From: Nostoc sp. DedQUE12a
GTDB taxonomy: Bacteria; Cyanobacteriota; Cyanobacteriia; Cyanobacteriales; Nostocaceae
Assembly: GCA_034530795.1 (NCBI GenBank)
Contig: JAVRCH010000059.1
Coordinates: 847 to 64,846 of the forward strand
Length of the DNA stretch: 64,000 nucleotides
Reading direction: 5' to 3'
Position 1 is the first letter of the stretch, and each line of letters starts with the position of its first letter. Shown piece after piece: positions 39,291-49,499 of this stretch. The position numbers and the translations under genes are program-made. Below the pieces are notes generated by a model that worked only from the letters and a program-made list of their open reading frames with translations, was not told the DNA's origin and searched no databases.

Positions 39291-40655
39291 ATGAACAAAA
39301 CACGTAAGTTTCGTTTAGGTGCATTTATTCAAGCAACCGGACATCATGTTTCTGCTTGGCGGCATCCCGATTCACAAGCAGACGCTGGTTTGAATTTCGA
39401 GCATTATAAGGAAATTACTCAGACTGCCGAACGTGGTTTATTCGATGCAGTTTTTCTAGCAGACAGTCCAGGAGTCTGGGGTGGCACTCCGGAAACTCAG
39501 ATACGTAATGGAAAACTTGCCCATTTCGAGCCAGTCACCCTGTTTTCGGCTTTATCCTCAGTCACCCAAAACATCGGCTTTATCGCTACTGCCTCGACTA
39601 CCTATGAACAACCCTACACCCTAGCACGTAAGTTTGCCTCTTTGGACTATCTGAGTAAAGGTCGAGCAGGCTGGAATGTAGTCACCACAGGCAATGAAAA
39701 TGCCGCTCTTAATTTCGGCCACGACCAACATCCAGAACACAGCCTGCGTTACGAACGTGCCGAAGAGTTTGTGCAAGTAGTAAAAGGACTGTGGGATAGC
39801 TGGGAAGACGACGCCTTCATCCGTGACAAAGAATCTGGCATCTATTTTGACCCTGACAAACTGCATATACTCAATCACAAAGGCAAACATTTTTCTGTCA
39901 AAGGGCCTTTGAACGTCGGTCGTCCGCCCCAAGGCTACCCAGTAATTGTACAGGCTGGAGCTTCAGAAGCCGGACGTGACTTGGCTGCGCGTACTGCCGA
40001 AGTCATCTTTACAGCTAATCAAACCCTAGCCGATGCCCAAGAATTTTATGCTGATGTCAAAGGTCGGCTAGCGAAATACGGACGCTCCCCGGACGATCTG
40101 AAAATAATGCCTGGTGCTTTTCCGATTATTGGCCGTACTGAAGAGGAAGCTCAGGAAAAGTATGAATTTCTGCAATCCTTGATTCACCCCGATGTTGCCT
40201 GGGGTATTTTGAAAAACTATTACAAAGGTGTTGATTTATCGAAATATTCTCTAGATGATGTTGCTCCCGAACTACCCAGCGATACCAACACCAACAAGAG
40301 TCGTCTCAAACTGGTTAAGGATCTAGCTACTCGTGGCACTCTCACACTGCGCCAGTTGTATCTTTCCCTTGCCACCGCCAGAGGTCATCGCACCATCCTT
40401 GGTACTCCAGAAACCATTGCCGACCAGTTAGAAGAATGGTTCAACAACGACGCCGCAGATGGCTTTAATATCATGCCGCCAATCCTACCTACAGGATTAG
40501 ATGATTTCGTTAACCTAGTCATTCCTGTTCTCCAAAAACGCGGATTATTTCGTACCGAATACGAAGGCACTACCTTGCGTGAAAACCTGGGATTGGCTCG
40601 GCCGAGTAATCGTTTTGCCGTCAAACAAGCCGACGAAAGATTAGTGCTGGCATAA
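39291..40655 (+). CDS. LLM-class flavin-dependent monooxygenase (NtaA/SnaA/DszA family)
   Basis: FRLGAFIQATGHHVSAWRHP...FDAVFLADS...GRAGWNVVT is the family signature. 454 aa. Confidence 0.85.
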   Translation: MNKTRKFRLGAFIQATGHHVSAWRHPDSQADAGLNFEHYKEITQTAERGLFDAVFLADSPGVWGGTPETQIRNGKLAHFEPVTLFSALSSVTQNIGFIATASTTYEQPYTLARKFASLDYLSKGRAGWNVVTTGNENAALNFGHDQHPEHSLRYERAEEFVQVVKGLWDSWEDDAFIRDKESGIYFDPDKLHILNHKGKHFSVKGPLNVGRPPQGYPVIVQAGASEAGRDLAARTAEVIFTANQTLADAQEFYADVKGRLAKYGRSPDDLKIMPGAFPIIGRTEEEAQEKYEFLQSLIHPDVAWGILKNYYKGVDLSKYSLDDVAPELPSDTNTNKSRLKLVKDLATRGTLTLRQLYLSLATARGHRTILGTPETIADQLEEWFNNDAADGFNIMPPILPTGLDDFVNLVIPVLQKRGLFRTEYEGTTLRENLGLARPSNRFAVKQADERLVLA

Positions 40656-40829
40656 ACCCGGATTTCTCATAAATGGTTAAGCCACACCTGTTAAAGCAGA
40701 ATTTCTGTAGATCCCCACCGTACAGGAGATGGAAAGATGAGGGACTGACAGTTAACTGTTCACTGTCCAATGCCCAATGCCCAATACCCAATGCCCAAAC
40801 GCAAATTGTAATTTTTGGAAGAGAAAATC

Positions 40830-42368
40830 ATGACTGAATATAGCCGATTAAAGACTTCGCAATCCGCTGCAATCAGAGCGACTCTTGATTATCCAGTAAT
40901 CGATACTGACGTTCATACCAATGATTTCACACCAGCTTTTGAGGATTACATCGCTAATTATGGCGGTGCAAAACTTGTGGATGAGTTACGCAAGGCAGAA
41001 GCTTCGCGTCTCAACTCCAAGAGCAATGGTAAAGATTGGTATCAACAAACTCCTGAAGAACGTCAACGCAACCGCACAATTCGATCGCCTTGGTGGGCAA
41101 GAGTCACCCGCAACACGCTGGATCTTGCTACTTACACCCTCCCGGCATTGCTCTATGAACGTCAGGCCGAACAAGGGTCAGACTATTCGGTACTGTTCCC
41201 CAACAATGTCCTAGCACCAGCCGGTGCAAGTCCAGAGAACCGTCAAGCACTACAACGGGCGGTGAATCACTATCATGCTGATATCTACCGGAAATATAGC
41301 GATCGCCTAACGGTGGTAGCTGGTATCCCCATGAGTAATCCTCAAGAAGCGATTGAGGAGCTAGAATTTGCAGTTAAAACACTGGGTTTGAAGGTAGCAA
41401 ATATTCCTGGTGGTGTAAAACGGCCGATTAAGGCGATCGCTGAGAAATATCCAGCAGATCAATTCCCTGAAATCGCCAAGTATGCTTCCTATATCGACTT
41501 TTACGGATTGGATAGTGAATATGACTACGATCCATTCTGGGCTAAGGCGGTGGAACTAGGTGTACCCATTACTACACACTACGGCAGTCAGGGTTGGACT
41601 GGACGCTCCTCCATCAGTAACTACATGAATAACCACATCGGTCACTTCGCCGATGGTTCCCAAGCATTTGCCAAAGCATTGTTCTTTGGTGGCGTGACCA
41701 AACGATTCCCACAGTTGCGCGTGGGTATGTTAGAAGGTGGTGCAGATTGGGGTGCCCACGTCTACATTCATTTGGTCGATCGCTTTTCCAAGCGCAGCCT
41801 CAAAGGACTGGAAAACTACAATCCAGAACTGACAAATGCTGATGAATTGTTCGAGTTGTTTGAACGTTTCGGCGGTGAAATTACTCAAGGGCATTCCCTG
41901 AGCAAAGAAGAACTGACCAAGACTGTACTGGGTTCTTCATTCAGTCGTCATAGCCGCCAGCCAGTTGGTAGCGAACTCAACGATTTTGGCGCAGCAGGAA
42001 TTGAAACAATAGAAGACATCCGCGATCGCTGGGTGAACAGCTTCTTCTTTGGTTCCGAGTCCGACGACCGCACCATCGCCGCAGCATTCAACGACAAAGC
42101 CAATCCGTTGGGTGTGAAAATCAACGCCATCTACTCTTCGGATGTTGGTCACTGGGATGTACCCGATCTCACCTCCCCCTTGGCTGAAAGCTGGGATCTC
42201 GTGAGAGAAGGCGTGATTTCCGAAGCCGACTTTAAAGCCTATGTTTTCGCTAATCCTTACAAGTTCTACACCCAAGCCAACCCCGACTTCTTCAAAGGAA
42301 CAGCGGTTGAATCCAAAGTAAGTGAAATCGCATCTCCACAAGTGGATAAGAACCTCGTAGTGGCTTAA
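40830..42368 (+). CDS. amidohydrolase-family metal-dependent hydrolase
   Basis: VIDTDVHT (metal-binding His region) and a TIM-barrel-sized product. Start moved to the ATG at 40830. Confidence 0.7.
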   Translation: MTEYSRLKTSQSAAIRATLDYPVIDTDVHTNDFTPAFEDYIANYGGAKLVDELRKAEASRLNSKSNGKDWYQQTPEERQRNRTIRSPWWARVTRNTLDLATYTLPALLYERQAEQGSDYSVLFPNNVLAPAGASPENRQALQRAVNHYHADIYRKYSDRLTVVAGIPMSNPQEAIEELEFAVKTLGLKVANIPGGVKRPIKAIAEKYPADQFPEIAKYASYIDFYGLDSEYDYDPFWAKAVELGVPITTHYGSQGWTGRSSISNYMNNHIGHFADGSQAFAKALFFGGVTKRFPQLRVGMLEGGADWGAHVYIHLVDRFSKRSLKGLENYNPELTNADELFELFERFGGEITQGHSLSKEELTKTVLGSSFSRHSRQPVGSELNDFGAAGIETIEDIRDRWVNSFFFGSESDDRTIAAAFNDKANPLGVKINAIYSSDVGHWDVPDLTSPLAESWDLVREGVISEADFKAYVFANPYKFYTQANPDFFKGTAVESKVSEIASPQVDKNLVVA

Positions 42369-42441
42369 AGCACTGAAAAGTGCTGAGTACTTTTTACTTT
42401 ACTCAGCACTTTAATCAAACCCACGCTTAGGAGTTACAACT

Positions 42442-43095
42442 ATGTCTATCGAACACCGCTCTGGTTTATTGCCTTATCTATTTGCGATCGCCTCTGAAGA
42501 TACCAACAAACCTGCACCTCTGGTATTGTTTTTGCATGGAGCGCGCGATCGCGGTAACGATCTAAATGTGCTGCTCAAATGGGGTTTACCTCGTTTTGTG
42601 AACGAATCAAGCCCCTTACCTTACTTCTTTTTAGCGCCCCAACTTCCTGAAGGGCAGACTTGGGTAGAGCGAGAATCAGATGTAATTGCTTTGTTGGATA
42701 ATCTTATCGCCTCGCGGCCTATCGATCCGTCCCGTGTTATCTTATCTGGGTTCAGTTTAGGTACAGCTGGAGCTTGGCACATCGCCGCTTCCCATCCTGG
42801 TCGGTTCGCTGGTCTGGTAGCAGTATCCGGTCGTGTTCCCAAAACTTTAGAAACCAGCCAGCTAGCTGCACTTAAGGAAATTCCTATCCAAATATTCCAA
42901 GGTGGCAAGGATGAAAAACTGCCAGTTGAGGATACACAGCAGATTGTCGATACCTTGCGCGGTGTGGGTGGGATAGTAGATTTTACTGTACTACCTGAAG
43001 GCGATCATTTTATTGCTGATGAAGTGTATGGAGACTCGAAATTGCAAAAATGGCTGATTTCACAAAGCCGTCGTCAAGCTTCTGTAGTGGTCTGA
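42442..43095 (+). CDS. alpha/beta hydrolase (carboxylesterase/phospholipase-like)
   Basis: LFLHGARDRG, GFSLGTAG (GxSxG nucleophile elbow) and GDHF near the C-terminus. Confidence 0.75.
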   Translation: MSIEHRSGLLPYLFAIASEDTNKPAPLVLFLHGARDRGNDLNVLLKWGLPRFVNESSPLPYFFLAPQLPEGQTWVERESDVIALLDNLIASRPIDPSRVILSGFSLGTAGAWHIAASHPGRFAGLVAVSGRVPKTLETSQLAALKEIPIQIFQGGKDEKLPVEDTQQIVDTLRGVGGIVDFTVLPEGDHFIADEVYGDSKLQKWLISQSRRQASVVV

Positions 43096-43255
43096 AGGAT
43101 TTATGTCTTACGCTCCATCCGCTCACTGGAACGAATTCTTCTCTAAATGTAGGGATGCTGACACAGATTTAGATTGGGGAACCCAATAGGTAAAATCTGG
43201 AAATGCGATCGCAGCAACTCTGTTAGTCAGATAACTTTACTGGTTAACATTGTCA

Positions 43256-44044
43256 TTATGCGGCTGGCTTGTGCTTTGCTAACTTCAACGCCGACAACAA
43301 TAGAATCACACCCAAAATTACATGTAGTAAAGAACTTGCTACATACCTTAAAAGGTTGCTGCCAATAAACGCTCCCAATATTGAACCAGATGCCATTGAA
43401 ACAATAAACCCACCATCTGATTTCACTTCTTTAAGTCGTTGCTGACTTTTATATTTGAATAAACCCATCACGATTGTTGGAATGCTAATTGCAAGACTCA
43501 AACTTCCTGCTAATTTGATGTCAATTGCAAACACGATAATAATCGTAGGGATAATCAACTCACCACCTGCTACACCAAGCATACTGCTGAATATCCCAAT
43601 CACAATTCCGGCTACAAAACCGATGGCGATTCTCAATAAATCTGGAAGTTGCCAGTTCTGAAGGCTGAAAATAAGATTATGCCCGATTAGTACAAAGCTC
43701 AAAAAAAATAGAAAAACTACAACAACCCGATTTAATGTTCGTTCATCGATCTTGGTTGCATAGTTAACTCCAACATAAGAGCCAATGAGAGAACCTGCCA
43801 GAATGTTGATGATTACTGTCAGGTTTGCAAAAACATTTTCAAGCCCAATAACGCCACTCCGAAAAATAAATGAAAATATGACACTGACGAGGCTGACAAT
43901 GAGATTAATAGTAATTGCCTGTAAAGTTCGATAGTTAAAAACGCTAACTAAAACCGGTAAGCGAAACTCTGCACCACCCAAGCCGATTAGCCCACCGAGA
44001 ACCCCAACCAAAGCACCCCAAGTAAACGCCCAAATATTTCGCAT
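43256..44044 (-). CDS. TauE/SafE-family sulfite/organosulfonate exporter-like membrane protein
   Basis: 262 aa and about 8 TM segments. The two halves are duplicated, each with GLIGLGGAEF / LGVAGGELIIP motifs. Confidence 0.75.
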   Translation of the reverse strand: MRNIWAFTWGALVGVLGGLIGLGGAEFRLPVLVSVFNYRTLQAITINLIVSLVSVIFSFIFRSGVIGLENVFANLTVIINILAGSLIGSYVGVNYATKIDERTLNRVVVVFLFFLSFVLIGHNLIFSLQNWQLPDLLRIAIGFVAGIVIGIFSSMLGVAGGELIIPTIIIVFAIDIKLAGSLSLAISIPTIVMGLFKYKSQQRLKEVKSDGGFIVSMASGSILGAFIGSNLLRYVASSLLHVILGVILLLSALKLAKHKPAA

Positions 44045-44086
44045 TTAAATCTTCATATCTACAACAGCAGCATTAGGAAAGATTCT

Positions 44087-45085
44087 ATGGCATTATCAAC
44101 CACCAAACTCGGTAAAACCGGATTAACTGTTTCCCGCCTCTGTCTGGGCACCATGACCTTCGGACTACAGACAGAGGAAGAAACTTCCAGGCAGATCCTT
44201 GACACCGCGGCTGATGCTGGAATCAACTTTTTGGATACAGCCGATGTTTATCCACTTGGGGGTGGTCTTGCTACTGCTGGTAGCACTGAAGAAATAATTG
44301 GGCGGTGGTTGAAAGGGAAGCGCGAACATTTTATTGTGGCTACCAAGTGCGTAGGTCGGGTAGGCCCTGCACCTTGGGATCAAGGTGCTTCGCGCAAACA
44401 TATTTTGGATGCGATCGATGCTTCTTTAAGACGGTTGCAAACAGATTATATCGACTTGTATCAATTGCACTCCGATGATACCTCAACCCCCCTTGATGAA
44501 ACTTTAGAAGCGTTAGATACGGTAGTTCGTGCTGGTAAGGCACGCTATATCGGGGTTTCTAACTTCTTAGCTTATCGACTCAGCCGTGCCTTGGGTCGTG
44601 CTGAGGTGCGTAATCTAACTCGTTTCGTGTCGATTCAGCCTCGCTACAACCTCTTATTCCGTGAAATTGAGCGAGAATTATTGCCCCTGGCGCAAGAAGA
44701 AGGACTCGGTGTAATTCCGTACAATCCTTTAGCGGGTGGTTTGCTCAGCGGCAAACACAGCCTTGCTCAAGGCCCCACCCCAGGTACGCGTTTCACTTTG
44801 GGTGCCGCCGCAGAACGTTATCAAGAACGCTATTGGCGCGATCGCGAGTTTAATACTGTGGAAGAATTACGCACAGTGGCGGAGTTTGCAGGATTATCGC
44901 TGACTACCTTAGCAGTAGCTTGGGTTTTAGCTAATCCGATTATCACCGCCCCGATTGTTGGTGCTAGCCGCCCAGAACAACTTGCTGACACCCTCAAAGC
45001 TGTGGAAGTAAAACTTGATGACAATTTAAAACAAAAATTAGATGACCTCACGGCCGAGTATCGCAGAGGAGATTCTCTACGTTAG
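44087..45085 (+). CDS. aldo/keto reductase
   Basis: LGTMTFG, INFLDTADVY, ATKC and IGVSNF are AKR catalytic-tetrad contexts. Confidence 0.85.
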   Translation: MALSTTKLGKTGLTVSRLCLGTMTFGLQTEEETSRQILDTAADAGINFLDTADVYPLGGGLATAGSTEEIIGRWLKGKREHFIVATKCVGRVGPAPWDQGASRKHILDAIDASLRRLQTDYIDLYQLHSDDTSTPLDETLEALDTVVRAGKARYIGVSNFLAYRLSRALGRAEVRNLTRFVSIQPRYNLLFREIERELLPLAQEEGLGVIPYNPLAGGLLSGKHSLAQGPTPGTRFTLGAAAERYQERYWRDREFNTVEELRTVAEFAGLSLTTLAVAWVLANPIITAPIVGASRPEQLADTLKAVEVKLDDNLKQKLDDLTAEYRRGDSLR

Positions 45086-45104
45086 GGATGGAGGAGTGGG
45101 GAGG

Positions 45105-45195
45105 CAGGGGGCAGGGGAAAAGGTTAAAGGGAAAAGGGAAAAGGAATAAATTTAATCTTTCTCCTTTCCCCCTTACCCTTCCCCTTTTCCCATAC
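45105..45195. repeat. G-rich/C-rich palindromic dispersed repeat (related to the family A core)
   Basis: ggcagggggcaggggaaaaggttaaagggaaaagggaaaagg ... cctttcccccttacccttccccttttccc. Confidence 0.65.
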
Positions 45196-45220
45196 CCAAT
45201 GCCCAAATTTAAAATTTCAA

Positions 45221-46285
45221 ATGGTATTAGTTATGATTAAACGCCGTCGTTTTCTCAATGTTGCTACATCTGGTATATCTGGTTTTTCTCTGGCCTATCT
45301 GTTAGGAAGTTGCAGCCAACAAAGCCAACAAAATATATTAAACAGCGCAACTAGCAGTTCAAGTTCCCTTGGTATCAAAAGCAAGGTTCTCCGTATGGGA
45401 TATCAGAGTGCAGGGGATCTTGTGAGAAATCGCAAAGTATTAGAGAAACGCTTGGAGCCACTGGGAATTAAAGTGGAATGGGCACAATTTGTCCAAGGGC
45501 CCCAACTTATGGAAGGAATGGCTGCGGGAAGAGTTGATGTGGGATCGGTGGGGGAAACGCCGCCAATTTTTGCCCAAGTAGCTGGGTCAGACCTCGTTTA
45601 TGTCGTGGGTACGCAAAGAAATAAAAGAACAGGAAGAAGTAGTGTTATTGCTGTACCTCCAGAGTCCCCTTTGAAAAAATTTGAGGAGATTAAAGGGCAA
45701 GAAGTTTATTTTCAAAAAGGCTCGGCATCGCACTATTTTATTCTTAGAGCTTTGCAGTCAATTAATTTGACCATCAAAGATATTAAAATCAAAAGTATAC
45801 CGACTATTGAGGCGCGAGCTGCTTTTATTGAAGGTAAAATTCCTGTTTGGATGACATCAGATCCGCATTATGCGATCGCCGAAAAAATGGGTCGAATTCG
45901 TGTCCTCAGGGATTCTGTTGGTCTAGATTCTCCTGGTGGTTATTATATTGCTGACAGGAAGTTTGCGGAAGAAAATCCTGGTTTACTAAAAATTCTCATT
46001 GAGGAACTTCATCGACTTGATAAATGGGCAGAAGCGAATCGAGATGAAGTGAAAAAATTGATGATTACTGAACAAAAACTAGATGCGGACGTAGCCGCAA
46101 GGGTGATGTCTCGCCGCACTTTTGTAGGGCGCAGAGGACTTAGCGAGGCACTGATCGCAGAACAACAACGTGTAGCAGATTTGTTCTTTCAAGAGGGTGT
46201 CATACCAAAGAAAATTAACATTCGGGATGCGTTACTTCCGCCTGATTTATATGCTGCAATTACACCCGCTGAAATTATGGTTTAG
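45221..46285 (+). CDS. aliphatic sulfonate/nitrate-type ABC substrate-binding protein (SsuA-like)
   Basis: Tat-like signal MIKRRRFLNVATSG and lipobox-like LLGSC. LRMGYQSAGD and the periplasmic-binding-protein size also fit. Confidence 0.7.
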   Translation: MVLVMIKRRRFLNVATSGISGFSLAYLLGSCSQQSQQNILNSATSSSSSLGIKSKVLRMGYQSAGDLVRNRKVLEKRLEPLGIKVEWAQFVQGPQLMEGMAAGRVDVGSVGETPPIFAQVAGSDLVYVVGTQRNKRTGRSSVIAVPPESPLKKFEEIKGQEVYFQKGSASHYFILRALQSINLTIKDIKIKSIPTIEARAAFIEGKIPVWMTSDPHYAIAEKMGRIRVLRDSVGLDSPGGYYIADRKFAEENPGLLKILIEELHRLDKWAEANRDEVKKLMITEQKLDADVAARVMSRRTFVGRRGLSEALIAEQQRVADLFFQEGVIPKKINIRDALLPPDLYAAITPAEIMV

Positions 46286-46395
46286 AAAGTACAGACTAGT
46301 AGTTTTTGAGTACTCTATTTAACGCTAGAGGGCGGCTAAAGAAGCCGTCCTATTTTTGTTTGAGAGAAAAGTTTGCTAGTACGAGAACAACTTTT

Positions 46396-48219
46396 ATGAC
46401 AAAAAAAGTCAGAATTTCCAAATCTTTTCAACGTGCTGCCGATGCACCAAATTTACCTAATACGACCTTCAGGTTCATTTGTTATTTCGTTAACCAGTTC
46501 CGCTGGTGGTATTTAGCAATGGTAATCCTGGAGGCAACACACGCAACCTGTGGTATAATGCTTCCCTATGCCATTGGCGAGATCATTCGGAGCGTGACGC
46601 GATCTACTGCCGACAGCAAGTCCATTTTTGATACTGTCAGCCAACCACTGATGTTGTTCACCGCTTTGAGTGTGGGTGAAGTGGTATTCGGGCGATCGGC
46701 TGGACTTTTGCAGACTATTCTCCATCCCATCCACCGACAGCACATAGTCCGCTCTTTATATGCGTACTTGCAGCACCATTCCCATCGCTACCTAAGTAGT
46801 AGTTTTGCTGGAGCATTGGCACATCGCATCGGCGAAACCTCTTTGGGTGTTACCCAGACGATGCAAATGCTGATTACTGAATTTATGTCTGTAATTATCG
46901 TGTATATTGTATCCGCTATTTTACTGTATCGTGCCTATCCGCCCCTTGCTGCATTTGTGGGCACGTGGGCAGTTCTCTTTATCAGTATTTCCTTCTGGCT
47001 GGCAACTCGCTGCCGAATTTACTCCCGGAGAGCCGCAGCCGCAAGAAGTGAGACAACTGGGATCATCGTAGATGCAGTGACAAATCTCAGCAGTAGCCGC
47101 TTGTTTGCTCGTCTGGATTTTGAACGACGCTATTTGAATGAGCAATTAAAACACGAAATTAAAGAGGTGAGAAAGTCTAACTGGTACTCCGAACGAATTC
47201 GTTGGTTTCAGTTTATCTCAGCAGCCATTCTGAAAATTGGCACTTTGTATTATTCCCTCTCCCTTTGGAGTCAAGGGTTAATTGCTACTGCTGACTTCGT
47301 TGTGGCAACTAGTCTGTCGCTGTTGATCATCAGTGAAGCCCGTAATTTGAGCCGACGGTTTTTAGAATTCTTTGAACATATCGGCAATGTCGCCAATGGT
47401 GTCTCCGTAATTGTTCAACCGCATGAGTTAATCGATCGCGATAAAGCGATCGCTCATCCCATCACCCAAGGTAAAATCGAATTCCGGCAAGTTTATTTCA
47501 GTTATTCGGCTGGCAAACAAGTCTTTGAAAACCTTTCCATCACCATCCAACCAGGCGAACGTGTCGGCTTGGTGGGCTTTTCCGGCTCTGGAAAATCTAC
47601 CTTTGTGAATTTAATTTTGCGCCTTTTTGACCCACAATCAGGGCAAATTCTCATTGATGGGGTCGATATTCGAGATATGACTCAGAATGCCCTACACGCT
47701 CAGATCGGCTTAATTCCCCAAGATCCATCTCTATTCCATCGCACATTGATCGAAAATATTCGTTACGGACGCATAGATGCAACCGATGAGGAAGTGATTG
47801 AGGCAGCACGAAAAGCCTATGCTCACGATTTTATCGCTCAAATGAAGGAGGGTTATAATTCTTTGGTGGGCGAACGCGGTGTGAAATTGTCTGGAGGGCA
47901 GAGACAGCGAATAGCGATCGCACGGGTAATCCTTAAAAACGCGCCGATTCTAATTTTGGATGAAGCCACCTCTAGTCTCGATTCCATCACCGAAAAAGCC
48001 ATCCAGGATACCCTAGACTCAGCAATGGACGGCAAAACCGTGATTGTAGTAGCTCATCGCCTGTCTACTATTGCCCATCTAGACAGAATTTTGGTCTTCG
48101 ACCAAGGTCGAATTATCGAAGATGGTAATCACACCAAACTCCTGGCACGGCGCGGCGCTTACTACAGGCTATGGAAAATGCAGGCGGGTGGATTCCTGCC
48201 TGTAGAAGTCAGTAAATAG
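46396..48219 (+). CDS. ABC exporter, fused permease/ATPase (MsbA-like)
   Basis: Six-TM N-terminal domain, Walker A GFSGSGKST, signature LSGGQRQR and Walker B ILILDEATS. Start moved to the ATG at 46396. Confidence 0.85.
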   Translation: MTKKVRISKSFQRAADAPNLPNTTFRFICYFVNQFRWWYLAMVILEATHATCGIMLPYAIGEIIRSVTRSTADSKSIFDTVSQPLMLFTALSVGEVVFGRSAGLLQTILHPIHRQHIVRSLYAYLQHHSHRYLSSSFAGALAHRIGETSLGVTQTMQMLITEFMSVIIVYIVSAILLYRAYPPLAAFVGTWAVLFISISFWLATRCRIYSRRAAAARSETTGIIVDAVTNLSSSRLFARLDFERRYLNEQLKHEIKEVRKSNWYSERIRWFQFISAAILKIGTLYYSLSLWSQGLIATADFVVATSLSLLIISEARNLSRRFLEFFEHIGNVANGVSVIVQPHELIDRDKAIAHPITQGKIEFRQVYFSYSAGKQVFENLSITIQPGERVGLVGFSGSGKSTFVNLILRLFDPQSGQILIDGVDIRDMTQNALHAQIGLIPQDPSLFHRTLIENIRYGRIDATDEEVIEAARKAYAHDFIAQMKEGYNSLVGERGVKLSGGQRQRIAIARVILKNAPILILDEATSSLDSITEKAIQDTLDSAMDGKTVIVVAHRLSTIAHLDRILVFDQGRIIEDGNHTKLLARRGAYYRLWKMQAGGFLPVEVSK

Positions 48220-48287
48220 GGCATGGGGCATGGGGAGATGAGGGGGATGAGCGAGACAAATCAATTCAAAATTCAAAATTAAAGAAC

Positions 48288-48333
48288 TTCTGCCTTCTGC
48301 CTCCTGCCTCCTGCCTCCAATGCCCAATGCCCA
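48288..48333. repeat. heptamer arrays (ttctgcc/tcctgcc x4, then aatgccc x2)
   Basis: Read directly, upstream of the adenosyltransferase gene. Confidence 0.8.
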
Positions 48334-48362
48334 GATGATGCTATATTATAACTTTTCAAGAA

Positions 48363-49499
48363 ATGATAAGGAACGGTATCGGTATTCGCACGGCGCAAGT
48401 GCGTCAGGAACGGCTCATTGGTCAAATTCATGTTTATGATGGTGCGGGAAAAGGCAAGTCTCAGGCGGCTTTAGGGGTGGTTTTGCGCTCCATTGGGTTG
48501 GGAATTAATACACCTACTAATTCCAACCGGGTTTTACTACTGCGGTTTTTAAAGGGGCCTGAGCGTGATTATGATGAAGATGGGGCGATCGCAGCTCTAC
48601 AACGTGGTTTTCCCCATTTAATTGACCAGGTTCGGACTGGCAGAGCCGAATTTTTTGGCCCAGAAGAAATTACTGCTTTTGACAGAGATGAAGCCGCGCG
48701 GGGTTGGGATGTGGCCAAAGGTGCGATCGCCAGCGGTTTATATTCAGTTGTGGTTTTGGATGAAATTAACCCTGTACTGGATTTGGGTTTGCTACCAGTA
48801 GATGAAGTGGTACGCACATTAAAATCTAAACCCCAAGAGTTGGAAATCATTGCTACCGGACGCGCTGCACCACAAAAGTTGCTCGATATTGCAGATTTGC
48901 ACTCAGAAATGAAACCCCACCACCACCCAACTGCTAAAGCACTTTTACTTAATGGCATCGAAATTTATACTGGTGCTGGTAAAGGTAAATCTACGAGTGC
49001 TTTAGGTAAAGCCTTGCAGGCAATCGGTAGAGGAATTAATCACCCAGGCTCTACACGTGTATTAATTATGCAGTGGTTAAAAGGTGGTACTGGGTATACA
49101 GAAGATGCGGCGATCGCGGCTTTGCAGCAGTCATATCCAGAAGTAGTGGATCATCAACGTTGCGGTCGAGATGCAATTGTTTGGCGCAATTCCCGGCAAG
49201 AATTAGACTATGTAGAAGCCGAACGGGGTTGGGAAATTGCCAAAGTTGCGATCGCTTCTGGGTTGTATAAAACAATTATTCTCGATGAACTCAATCCCAC
49301 AGTTGACCTGGAACTACTACCCGTTGAACCCATTGTCCAAGCTTTGCTCCGCAAACCCCGCGACACTGAAATTATTATCACTGGTCGCTGTCAAAATCAA
49401 CCGAGTTACTTTGATTTGGCTAGCGTTCATTCAGAGGTTTACTGCCACAAACACTATGCAAATCAAGGCGTAGAACTCAAACGGGGAGTAGATTTTTAA
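48363..49499 (+). CDS. cob(I)yrinic acid a,c-diamide adenosyltransferase (CobO/BtuR type), tandem double-domain form
   Basis: There are two collinear halves, each with a P-loop (YDGAGKGKSQAALG; YTGAGKGKSTSALG), (R/Q)(F/W)LKG and (V/I)(V/I)LDE(I/L)NP. Confidence 0.8.
   Translation: MIRNGIGIRTAQVRQERLIGQIHVYDGAGKGKSQAALGVVLRSIGLGINTPTNSNRVLLLRFLKGPERDYDEDGAIAALQRGFPHLIDQVRTGRAEFFGPEEITAFDRDEAARGWDVAKGAIASGLYSVVVLDEINPVLDLGLLPVDEVVRTLKSKPQELEIIATGRAAPQKLLDIADLHSEMKPHHHPTAKALLLNGIEIYTGAGKGKSTSALGKALQAIGRGINHPGSTRVLIMQWLKGGTGYTEDAAIAALQQSYPEVVDHQRCGRDAIVWRNSRQELDYVEAERGWEIAKVAIASGLYKTIILDELNPTVDLELLPVEPIVQALLRKPRDTEIIITGRCQNQPSYFDLASVHSEVYCHKHYANQGVELKRGVDF

Noticed and set aside
48220-48362. Cobalamin riboswitch upstream of the adenosyltransferase gene
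   Set aside because: The spacer is only 143 bp and consists mostly of heptamer repeats. No B12-box-like sequence was seen.
48569-48958. 129-aa antisense ORF within the adenosyltransferase gene (similar antisense ORFs occur inside acnB, the LLM monooxygenase, the amidohydrolase, the ABC exporter, DUF3131 and GT2 genes)
   Set aside because: All lie fully inside longer, motif-supported genes on the opposite strand or in another frame, and none has a motif of its own.
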